Of a stretch of 64,000 nt of DNA, positions 11,766-23,500 are shown in pieces. A program made the translations under genes and the position numbers. Each line of letters begins with the position of its first letter. The stretch's first letter is position 1. Source of the DNA: Dendrobates tinctorius (taxonomy: Eukaryota); NCBI RefSeq assembly GCF_039654945.1, contig NW_027361819.1:2666001-2730000 (forward strand), given 5' to 3'. A model generated the notes under the pieces. The model saw nothing but the letters and a program-made list of their open reading frames with translations, searched no databases and was not told the origin of the DNA.

Positions 11766-12889
11766 CTTATGCAAGCCTCATCTGTGTGCAGTTTTTCCAC
11801 TGGGCAGCCGGACCACAATTGGTTACTGGCTGTCCTCATCAGTGGAATGCACCTGTGCTGCTCTAATCTTTATCAAAGGGGTTCTGCTGCATCCTGCTAG
11901 TGCATCAGTCAGGGCTTGGTGAGTTACCTTTCAAATGATTTTTTTTATGGATTTTTTCTTATTAGTGTTTGTCCATTCTTTCTGACCCTATAATTTTTAA
12001 GCCAACTTGCGATTGGTTTGTCGCATTCCTGATTGTACAATTTAATAAAAATTAGTTATTAAAAAAAAGCAATTGACCAAATAAGCTTTATCATAAATAA
12101 AATGTTCATTTTTAATACTTTGTAGAGAATCAGCTGCAGCAATGACGGCCTTAAGTCTGGAAGCCAAGGATGTCGCCAAAAGCCCTACGGTGTCAGGCTT
12201 TGCAGAACGTTACTGCAGCTGACTTCAGCTGTTGCTTGTTTGTGGGTCTTTCTGCCTTATGTTTTGTCTTCAGCCTGTGAAATGAAGCTCGATGAGCTGA
12301 CATCTGGTGATGACTCGGCCATTGCAGAATATTCCACTTATTTGCTTTCGTAGAACGTTTTGGGTCATTGTCCATCTGTCCTGTGAAGCGCCGTCCAATC
12401 AAACTTGCTGCATTTGGTGGAATCTGAGCAGAAAGTATCGCCCTATACACACAGAATTCATCCGGGTGCTTCTGCCTTCAGCCACATCATCAATAACCAC
12501 TAGTGACCCGGTGCCATTGGCAGTCATGCATGCCCGCGCCATCGCATCGCTTCCACCATGTGTTAACAGGTGATGTTCTGTGCTTTGGATCATGAGCCGT
12601 TCCAAGCCTTTTCCACACTTTCTTCTTCCTATCATTATGGCACAGGTTGATCTTACTTTTGCTTTTCTACAACTGGGCGGCTTCTTTAGATATTTTCTGG
12701 CGTAGTCTAATCTGGTATATTATATCTAAGGCTGACTAATGGTTTGCACCTTGTGGTGAACAGTCTATTTGTGCTTCTCAAAAAATTAGAATATCATCAA
12801 AAAGTTAATTTATTTCAGTTCTTCAATACGAAAAGTGAATCTCCTCTATTCTATAGAGTCATTACACACAGAGGGATCTATGTCACGGG

Positions 12890-15716
12890 TGTGACGGACT
12901 CAGCTACTGCTGAGCCCATTTTCCTTTTAGAGTGGACCCTCTGGGCCGTGGCACCCACCCACCGAGGGTGAGCTTACCTTGTGAGAACCCACCCCCTGTA
13001 CAGGGAGTGTCAGGGGCAAGACCAAGGGGGTGAGCCACCACGGCAGCTGGACCAGACGGCCGGCTCAAGGGACACTAGACGAGTGTCTGACGACAAGGAC
13101 GAGCAGGAAGCAAGACGAGACAAGACGTAGGTGCAAGGTAACTTCATTAGAATAACTCAGGATCACATACAGTGTAAACAAGCAAAACGTGCAAGCAGCG
13201 CGCGTGGGCACGCCAAGGTCCATAACATGGTACGTGCCAGGTGGCACGCCTAGGTACAGGTAAAGGCATGATGGCATCGGACTCCTGGCAACGATCGACA
13301 TCATCAAGGCATCAGGCTGCGGACATCCGCTCCAGACGTCAGGCCGCAGTCATCCAGCTCATGATCTCTGGCAGCGATCGGCAGGTTCCGGGCATCCGGC
13401 AGGCAAACCAGGTTTCAGGCAAGGAGGCACGACAGGTATCCAGGCATGGTGCGTGTTACAGAACACACCGAGGTCCGAGGCTAGGTGCAAGGCAAGGTGC
13501 GTGTGTAGGGGACACGCCAGGGTTCAAGGCTAGGTGCAAGGCAAAGTGCGTGTGTAGGGGACACGCCAGGGTTCAAGACTAGGTGCGTGTGTAGGGGACA
13601 CACCAGGGTTCACAAAACAAGACAGGGTGCGTGTGTGGAGACACGCCAAGGCACAAGGTACGAGACAGAGTCCTGCGCGTGCAGAGAGGCACGCCAGGGA
13701 CAGGCGAGGCAGAGTCCTGCGCGTGCAGAGAGGCACGCCAGGGACAGGCGAGGCAGAGTCCTGCGCGTGCAGAGAGGCACGCCAGGGACAGGCGAGGCAG
13801 AGTCCTGCGCGTGCAGAGAGGCACGCCAGGGACAGGCGAGGCAGAGTCCTGCGCGTGCAGAGAGGCACGCCAGGGACAGGCGAGGCAGAGTCCTGCGCGT
13901 GCAGAGAGGCACGCCAGGGACAGGCGAGGCAGAGTCCTGCGCGTGCAGAGAGGCACGCCAGGGACAGGCGAGGCAGAGTCCTGCGCGTGCAGAGAGGCAC
14001 GCCAGGGACAGGCGAGGCAGAGTCCTGCGCGTGCAGAGAGGCACGCCAGGGACAGGCGAGGCAGAGTCCTGCGCGTGCAGAGAGGCACGCCAGGGACAGG
14101 CGAGGCAGAGTCCTGCGCGTGCAGAGAGGCACGCCAGGGACAGGCGAGGCAGAGTCCTGCGCGTGCAGAGAGGCACGCCAGGGACAGGCGAGGCAGAGTC
14201 CTGCGCGTGCAGAGAGGCACGCCAGGGACAGGCGAGGCAGAGTCCTGCACGTGCAGAGAGGCACGCCAGGGACAGGGTTCAAGGACCAGGTTGGGACCTG
14301 TGCGTGCAAGAGGGCACAACAGGGTACATGGCCAAACCTGCATGTACTATTATAGAAGCACGGGGAGGTATGCCATGGGCAGGTGAGGCCTGCGCGTGCT
14401 ATAGAGAGCACGTAGAGCACAGTGCAGAAACAGCGTGAGGTGCAAGGGAGCACAGAGAGCACGGCTGGGGCACTGGCTAGCTGATCGGGCAGCGGCACTG
14501 ACAGACGGGCAAGACTCCAGCAAACCCGACTGAGGCATGGCAGGCGACACAGCTGTCACTGACCGACGAGCACGGCTGAGGCACAAGCAGGCGGGCACGG
14601 CTAGGGCGCGCACGGCTGAGGCACAAACAGGAGGCTAGGAAGGCTAGGCGCATGCAAAGAGCATACGAAGAAACAGAGCAAGGGAAGACAAGACGAGAAA
14701 CAAGGCAGGGCTTAAGCAGAGTACAGAACCAGGAACGGAAGCAGATCAGAGCAGGAACAGAGCTAGCAGCGGAGCGTAGGCCGAAGCCCAGAGCCGGGCC
14801 AAGGGAGAACCTTGGGACTAGCCTAGAAACGTGCAAGAGAGCATAATAGGAAAGAGTCTAGCAGCGGAGCGTAGGCGAAGCCCAGAGCCGGGCCAAGGGA
14901 GAACCTTGGGACTAGACATGGAAAAGAGAGGAGGAAGGGTGCGTGTGCCAGGGAGCACAACAGAGCACCATAGGAGAGAGCGAGGCAGAGCAAGCTAAGA
15001 CCATAGGGAGGAACAAGGCAGAGCAAGGCACGGAACAAGGCATAGCGAAAACAGGCAAGGCAGAGAAACAGAAGGACTACAAGTCCAAGCAGGACAAAGA
15101 CAAACATGGCACAACAGACAAACATAAGACAAGGCACGGGACAAGAGATAGAGTACGAGCACAGAGCGTGTGCAGAGACGCACGACAGGGCAGAGTGCAA
15201 GGGCACAGAATAGAGGGAGCGCCCCACAGACCAAGCAGCCATGCAGGGACACCACACAATACTCAGGCCCTGAGCATAGGAAGGGGCGGCCTGATATAGG
15301 GCATAGCACCTCCTCTTCCAGGTCAGGACCAGGGGAGCACTTTCGGGTTCAGATCCACAGGATAACAGAGCACAGTCACATGATCAGAGTTCTAGACATG
15401 ACGAGACGACCGCAGATCCAGTGCTGAAACCTAGACAGGTCACATGATCAGAGTTCCAGACATGACGAGATGATTACCGAACCAGACAGTGCAGGATCCA
15501 GGCAGGGACACATGATCAGGGACTCTAGACAAGACGAGAAGATCACAGAAGGCAGAGCAGAAACGCAGGCATCCGGCAGCTCAGACATGAGGTGAGTGTG
15601 CACACTGCTCTAGCGAACATGCAGGACAGCAGACAAGATATGCACATGCACATCGCTCCAGGAGTTCTTGAGACAAAACAGACATGGCAGACATGACAAA
15701 CATGGCGGACATGACA
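12890..15716. mobile_element. 2.8-kb LTR-type insertion (expanded solo LTR or non-autonomous derivative)
   Basis: TG...CA ends and 5-bp TSD ACGGG (12885-12889, 15717-15721). The intact right Tc1 TIR shows the uninterrupted sequence. Confidence 0.85.
13666..14275. repeat. 44-bp minisatellite, ~14 almost identical copies
   Basis: Unit CAGAGTCCTGCGCGTGCAGAGAGGCACGCCAGGGACAGGCGAGG. Confidence 0.97.
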
Positions 15717-15900
15717 ACGGGTTTATTTCTGGTAATGTTGATGATTATGGCTTACAGCCAATGAGAACCCAAAAGTCATTATCTCAGGAAATTAGAATAA
15801 TTAACAATAAACCCCGTAAAGGCTCCTAAGTGTTTATAAAGGTCCCTTAGTCTGTTTCAGTAGCTCCACAATCATGGAGAAGACTGCTGACCTGACAGAT

Positions 15901-18790
15901 AATAATAAATAATAATAATCTTTATTTATATAGCGCCAACATATTCCGCAGCGCTTTACAGTTGAACAGTTTCAAACACAACAGTCATAAGTAACAACGT
16001 TAACAATACAATAATTAAAGCGAAATAAGACGACCCTGCTTGTGGAGCTTACAATCTACAATGAGGTGGGGGAGATACAAAGCATAGGTTTGTATTTACA
16101 ATGATGTATTTACAATGACGGTCCAGCCATCTTCAGGGGGTGGGGGTTAGATGGAGATAGTGAATGGGCTACACACACACAAACATAACATGACTTTGAT
16201 TACTGAATGTGATAGGCCGCTCTGAACAAATGTGTTTTGAGCGAGCGCCTAAAACTATGCAAATTGTGGATGATCCTAATATCTTGGGGTAGAGCATTCC
16301 AGAGGATTGGCGCAGCACGGGAGAAGTCTTGGAGTCGGGAGTGGGAGGTACGGATTAGGGCAGAGGTTAGTCGAAAGTCATTTGCAGAGCGCAGCGGTCG
16401 GTTAGGCCGATAGACAGAAATGAGGGAGGAGATGTAAGGGGGTGCCGCACTGTGGAGAGCTTTGTGGGTGAGAACAAGTACTTTGAATTGTACCCTGTAA
16501 TGAATTGGCAGCCAGTGTAACGACTGGCGAAGAGCGGACGCGTCTGAGTAACGATTAGCCAGATGGACAACCCTGGCTGCTGCATTAAGGATAGACTGGA
16601 GAGGGGAGAGTCGAGTGAGAGGGAGGCCAATTAATAGAGCATTACAGTAGTCCAGGCGGGAGTGGATCAGGGCGACAGTGAGTTTTTGTTGTTTCCATGG
16701 TGAGAAAAGGGCGGATTCTAGAGATGTTCTTTAGGTGTAAGCGGCATGAGCGGGCAAGAGATTGTATATGGTAGGTGAAGGAGAGATCGGAGTCGAACAT
16801 AACACCCAGACAGCGTGCCTGCTGTCGGGGTGTTATTATGGTGCCACCCACAGAGAGGGAAATGTCAGATTTAGGGAGGTTAGTAGATGGTGGGAGCAGA
16901 AGAAGTTCAGTTTTGGAGAGGTTGAGTTTCAGATAGAGAGCAGACATGATGTTGGAGACTGCAGACAGACAGTCAGTGGCGTTCTGTAGTACAGCGGAGG
17001 TAAGGTCAGGGGATGATGTGTACAGTTGTGTGTCATCAGCATAAAGATGGTACTGAAAGCCAAATCTGCTGATGGTCTGTCCAATTGGGGCCGTATAGAG
17101 AGAGAAGAGAAGGGGGCCAAGGACTGAGCCCTGAGGTACCCCAACAGTGAGAGGAAGAGGAGATGAAGTGGAGCCAGAAAACAGAACACTGAAGGAGCGG
17201 TCGGAAAGATAGGAGGAGAACCAGGAAAGAGCAGTGTCCTTAATGCCTAGTGACTGGAGCCTAGAGAGTAGGAGAGGATGGTCAACAGTGTCGAAAGCTG
17301 CAGAAAGGTCGAGAAGAATGAGCAGAGAGTGGTCACCATTACGTTTTGCTGTCAGAAGGTCATTGGTCACTTTGATGAGTGTAGTTTCTGTCGAATGTAG
17401 GGGGCGGAAACCGGACTGTGAAGGGTCTAGGAGGGAGTGAGTGGAGAGGTAATGGGTAAGGCGTGAGTATATCAGGCGCTCCAAGAGTTTAGAGATGAAG
17501 GGGAGATTGGAGACTGGTCTGTAGTTGTTTGTGCAGGATGGGTCGAGGGTGGGTTTCTTTAGTAATGGAGTGTTTGAAGGAGGAGGGGTAAATGCCAGAG
17601 GAGAGGAAGAGATTAAAGATTGTAGTTAGGTGAGTTGTGACGACTGGGGAGAGAGACTGGAGGAGATGTGAGGGAATGGGGTCGGTTGTGCATGTAGTCG
17701 GACGAGAAGAGGAGAGGAGCCTGGAGACGACTTCTTCTGTGATGGGATCGAATGTGGAGAGTGAGCCAGGGGAAATGCAGGGAGGGATGGGAGTCACTGA
17801 ATTTGGTGATTGGGAGCGGATTTCCTGACGGATATTGTCTATTTTCTCTATAAAGTGGGAGGCAAGGTCATCAGCGCAAATGTCTGTGATAGGGGCTTGT
17901 GCTTTTGGCCTGAGGAGGGAGTGAAAGGTGTCAAAAAGTTTCTTGGGGTTGTTGGATAGTGAGATCAGGGTGGTGAAGTAGGTCTGTTTGGCGAGGTGAA
18001 GAGCAGAGTTATATGTCCTTAACATAAATTTGAAGTGTATGAAGTCTTCTGGTGTGCGTGTTTTCCTCCATAAGCGTTCAGCACACCTAGAGCATCGCTG
18101 GAGAAATCGGGTTTGCGATGTGAGCCAGGGCTGTTTCACTCTGTGTTTGGAGGTTCTGAGGGTGAGGGGAGCTACTTGGTCAAGGGTGCTTCTAAGAGTG
18201 TCATTGAAGTGATGTACAGCCAGATCAGGACAGGACAAAGAAGAGATTGGGGACAGTGATGAGTGTAGGGAGTCTGAAAGTGTATGAGGGTTAATGGCTT
18301 GTAGATTTCTGACTGAATGGTAGGTAGGAGGGTGCTGGGGTGAGCGAGGATTTGTGAGTGTAAAGGAGAGAATGTTGTGGTCAGAGAGGGGAAGCGGTGA
18401 GTTATCTAGGTAGGAGATTGAGCAGAGCCGGGAGAAAACCAGGTCCAGGGTGATACCGTCTTTGTGTGTTTCAGAGGTTGAGAGCTGAGAGAGGCCTAGA
18501 GAAGTGGTTAGTGATAGAAGCTGGGATGCAGATGTGGAAGTGGGGCTGTTAATGTGGATGTTGAAGTCTCCCAGGATAAGGGTTGGTAGTTCTGAGGACA
18601 TGAAGTGCGGCAGCCAGGCAGAGAAATGGTCCAGGAAGTGGGTGGGTGAGCCTGGGGGCCGGTATATGACCGCTACTCTGAGGGAGAGGGGACGAAAGAG
18701 CCTGATGGTGTGGACTTCAAAAGAAGGGAATGAGAGTGATGGAACTGGGGGGATGACCTGGAAAGTGCATTGTGGGGACAGGAGTATGCC
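15901..18790 (-). mobile_element. 5'-truncated L2 LINE (different subfamily from 1834-6460)
   Basis: Endonuclease and RT ORFs 17489-18790 and 16642-17484, a (TTA)n tail at 15901, and 7-bp TSD GACAGAT (15894-15900, 18791-18797). Confidence 0.95.
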
Positions 18791-20538
18791 GACAGATGTC
18801 CAGAAGGCAGTCACTGACACACTCCACAAGGAGGGGAAGCCACAGAAGGTCATTGCTAAAGAAGTTGGCTGTTCACACAGTGCTGTATACAAGAATATTA
18901 ATGGAAAGTGGAGTGGAAGGAAAAAGTGTGGTAGAAAAAGGAGCACAAGCCACCGGGATAACCGCAGCCTGGAAAGGATTGTTAGGAAAAGGCCATTCAG
19001 TAATGTGGGGGAGATTCACAAGGAGCGGACTGCTGCTGGAGTCATTGCTTCACACCACACACAGACGTATCCAGGACATGGGCTACAAGTGTCACATTCC
19101 TTGTGTCAGCCACTCATGACCAATAGACAACGCCAGAAGCGTCTTACCTGGGCCAAGGAGAAGAAGAACTGGACTGTTGTCAGTGGTCCCAGAGTCTGGA
19201 GGAAGAGTGGAGAGGCCACAATCCAAGCTGCTGGAGGTCTAGTGTGAAGTCTCCACCATCAGTGATGGTTCGGGGAGCCATGTCATCGGCTGGTGTAGGT
19301 CCACTGTGTTTTATCAAGACCAAAGTCAGCGCAGCCGTCTACCATGACATGTTAGAGCTCTTCATGCTTCCCTCTGCCGACAAGCTTTATGGAGATGGGA
19401 ATGTCATTCTCCAGCGGGACTTGGCCCCTGTCCACACTGCCAAAAGTACCAATACCTGGTGTACACACAACAGTATCACTGGGCCTGATTGGCAGAAAAC
19501 TCGCCTATTGTCAAGAGGAACATGAGAGACACCAGACCCAACAATGCAGATGAGCCAAAGGCTGCTATCAAAGCAACCTGGGCTTCCATAACCCCTCAGC
19601 AGTGCCACAGGCTGATCGCCTCCATGCCACGCCGCATTGATGCTGTAATTGATGCAGAAGGAGCCCGACCAAGAATTGAGTGCATTTACTGAACAGACAT
19701 TTCAGTAGGACAATATTTTGGATTTTAAAATCATTTGTCAAGCTGGAGTTAAAAAGTATTCTAATTTACTGAGATGACTTTTGGGTTTTCATTGGCTGTA
19801 AGCCATAATCATCAACATTACCAGAAATAAACCCGTGACATAGATCACTCTGTGTGTAATGACTCTATAGAATACAGGAGAGGCACTGTCTGTATTGAAG
19901 AACTGAAATAAATTAACTTTTTGATGATACTGTAAATTAGTGAGAAGTACTTGTAGAATAGTGAAACCTCTATTTCCTGGATAGTGTTCTTCATTTGGGT
20001 AGATGTTGTGAAGATTTCCTTCACCATGGCAAGAATTCTGCGAACATCCACCGCTGTTCATCTTATTGGGAAGTCCAGGCTTTTTTGAGTTCCCAAGCTC
20101 ACGAGCTCGTGGAGATAGTAAGCGAAACCTCCAACTCAATAATTTCTCTGACTCCAATGACTCCACAGCACTGGTCACTACTGAGCATGTACATAATGTG
20201 CAGCACAGATTTATCTCAACTAAATGCCAAGGTCCTTAGATCAGGATCAGAACACACAATTCTTAACTTTCCCAAATTTTTATTAAAAAATTTACAGCAC
20301 ATACTGCATTGAACCACTGTACCCAATTTATTCTATATTTTAGGAGTCTGTTCACTTTATTCCAACTCCACCAAAATGGACACTGACCCCAACTCCTAAG
20401 CCCTGCTCACAAGTGCGCTCTTTTTTTTCACCAGAATGTACCAAGCTGTTGATTTGGCTGCTTTTAACATTTCTACTATTTCTCTGATTAATTTCTTTTT
20501 TTTTTCAGCTTAAAGATAGTCTGCCCCTCTGTCCAAAT

Positions 20539-23500
20539 TAACTACTATAATACTGCCCCTATATACAACAATATAACTACTATAATACTGCTCCCTATGT
20601 ACAAGAATATAACTACTATAATACTGCCCCTATATACAAGAATATAACTACTATAATACTGCCCCTATGTACAAAAATATAACTACTATAATACTGCTCC
20701 TATGTGCAAGAATGTAACTACTATAATACTGCTCCTATGTGCAAGAATATAACTACTATAATACTGCCCCTATGTACAAGAATATAATTACTATAATACT
20801 GCTCCCTATGTACAAGAATATAACTACTATAATACTGCCCCTATATACAAGAATATAACTGCACCTATGTACAAGAATATAACTACTATAATACTGCTCC
20901 TATATACAAGAATATAACTGCACCTATGTACAAGAATATAACTACTATAATACTGCCCCCTATGTACAAGAATATAACTACTATAATACTGCCCCTATAT
21001 ACAAGAATATAACTACTATAATACTGCCCCTATATACAAGAATATAACTACTATAATACTGCTCCTATGTACAAGAATATATCTACTGTAATACTGCTCC
21101 TATGTACAAGAATATAACTACTATAATACTGCCCCCTATGTACAAGAATATAACTACTATAATACTGCTCCTATGTACAAGAATATAACTACTATAATAC
21201 TGCTCCTATGTACAAGAATATAACTACTATAATACTGCTCCTATGTACAAGAATATAACTACTATAATACTGCTCCTATGTACAAGAATATAACTACTAT
21301 AATACTGCTCCTATGTACAAGAATATAAATACTATAATACTGCTCCTACGTACAAGAATATAACTACTATAATACTGCCCCTACGTACAAGAATATAGCT
21401 ACTATAATACTGCTCCTACATACAAGAATATAACTACTATAATACTGCTCCCTATGTACAAGAATATAACTACTATAATACTGCCCCTATGTACAAGAAT
21501 GTAACTACTATAATACTGCCCCTATATACAAGAATATAACTACTATAATACTGCTCCCTATGTACAAGAATATAACTACTATAATACTGCCCCTATGAAA
21601 AAGAATATAACTACTATAATACTTCCCCTATATACAAGAATATAACTACTATAATACTGCCCCTATGTACAAGAATGTAACTACTATAATACTGCCCCTA
21701 TGTACAAGAATATAACTACTATAATACTGCCCCTATATACAAGAATATAACTACTATAATACTGCTCCTATATACAAGAATGTAACTACTATAATCAGTG
21801 GCGGATCTTAATAGGGGCGGATGGGGCAGTCGCCCCGGGCCCAAGGTTTTTTGGGGGCCCAGGGCAGGGGCCAATCCGGTCGGCATGTGTGAGCCGCCGC
21901 CGCCGCCCAGTGGCGTAGGAAGGGGGTTGCGGGGGGCGGGCCGCCCCAGGCGGCACGTGTGTGGGGGCGGCGCAGCACGGCAGGAGCAGAAATTCCTCCT
22001 CTCTGTGCTGTGGGACTCTGGAGAGAAGCGTGGAGGCGGCCGGCCGAGGCACAGTGAGGAGAGAAGAGGACTGAGTATTAGCAGGACTCAGGAGATTTTG
22101 GCAGCGGCTAGCGCAGGTGGGTCACAGGTCACTCACCATTTGGGAGGAGGATGCTCTGCCTCTCCCCAGCCTCCCTCCATGCTCAGTCAGCTGCTGAGCT
22201 CTCCCTGCGGGCGGCTTCCTTCCTCAGTGTCATACAGAGTCACTCACACTCACACACACAGCAGCCAGGCAGTCGCAGGCAGCCTGTGTAAGGCTGTGTG
22301 CACACACTGCGGAGCTTTTGAAGAGTCTAGACCTCTCAGAAATCATCAACGACTTTAGCACCAAAAAATCTCGCCGAAAAAGTCTGTGAGCAGTTTATGA
22401 TCTTCAGTGTCAAAAAAAATCCGAGTTTCTAGTCCATTAAGAAACTGTTGCCTGTGCTCATTGCACTTTTCCTGTTAGGCTACCACCCACACAGATATAC
22501 ATCTGTATAGATAAATAATTATGTTGAATTATTGTTTAATATTATGTTTACATGTTCTTACTTGCACTTACATGTGGTACGGTGAATGTAGCCTTATGTT
22601 TACCTTGTATGAAGAAATACAGGCCAGTATATACCACATTATATATTTTGACTGTTGATTTTGAGGAATATTTAATATTATTTATATTGTTTGACCATAC
22701 AATACAATTTCTTGTGAGAAAAAAGTAATTTTTCTTTGTTTTTATGGTCTAATAAATGTTACAATTTGTATACCTAAAAATCAGCATATGCAGTGTTTTT
22801 GTGAGAAGAGCCACAAAATTTTGACAGAAAATGTTTTCCTGGGAAGTGGGGTACAGGGGCCCAGGTTTTATAAACAGCCCCGGGCCCATAGTCCACTTAA
22901 TCCGCCACTGACTATAATACTGCTTCTATGTACAAGAATATAATTACTATAATACTGCCCCTATGTACAAGAATATAACTACTATAATACTGCCCCTATG
23001 TACAAGAATATAACTACTATAATACTGCCCCTATGTACAAGAATATAACTACTATAACACTGCCCCTATATACAAGAATATAACTACTATAACACTGCCC
23101 CTATGTACAAGAATATAACTACTATAATACTGCTCCTATGAACAAGAATATAACTACTATAATACTGCCCCCTATGTACAAGAATATAAGTACTATAATA
23201 CTGCCCCTATGTACAAGAATATAACTACTATAATACTGCTCCTATGAACAAGAATATAACTACTATAATACTGCCCCTATGTACAAGAATATAACTACTA
23301 TAATACTGCACCCATGTACAAGAATATAACTACTATAATACTGCCCCCTATGTACAAGAATATAACTACTATAATACTGCTCCTATGTGCAAGAATATAA
23401 CTACTATAATACTGCACCCATGTACAAGAATATAACTACTATAATACTGCTACTATGTGCAAGAATATAACTGGTATAATAATGCCCCTATGTACAAGAA

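Larger units (their letters stand above)
12768..19953 (+). mobile_element. Tc1-like transposon with ~200-bp TIRs, interrupted by an LTR element and an L2
   Basis: The left TIR (12768-12889 plus 15722-15800) matches the reverse complement of the right TIR (19757-19953), with TA flanks. The transposase starts MEKTADLTD at 15874, resumes at 18798 (VQKAVTDTLHKEGKPQK...) and is frameshifted to ~19692. Confidence 0.92.
12110..20170 (-). mobile_element. Older decayed Tc1-like transposon split by a younger Tc1
   Basis: Transposase remnants on the minus strand: QMDNDPKR, ILQWPS and HGGS..M..ACM..NGTGSL at 12193-12635, and N-terminal remnants at ~19960-20170. Confidence 0.7.

Noticed and set aside
13530-14498. 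Long ORFs in all six frames
   Set aside because: Caused by a stop-free 44-bp tandem repeat. The 44-aa periodicity equals three units.
17489-19247. Apparent L2-Tc1 fusion ORFs (17489-18946 minus, 18504-19247 plus)
   Set aside because: Chance read-through across the insertion junction at 18790/18791. Both elements are disrupted.
21798-22358. 186-aa GC-rich ORF in the hAT element
   Set aside because: No transposase or other motifs. Consistent with low stop-codon frequency in GC-rich sequence.
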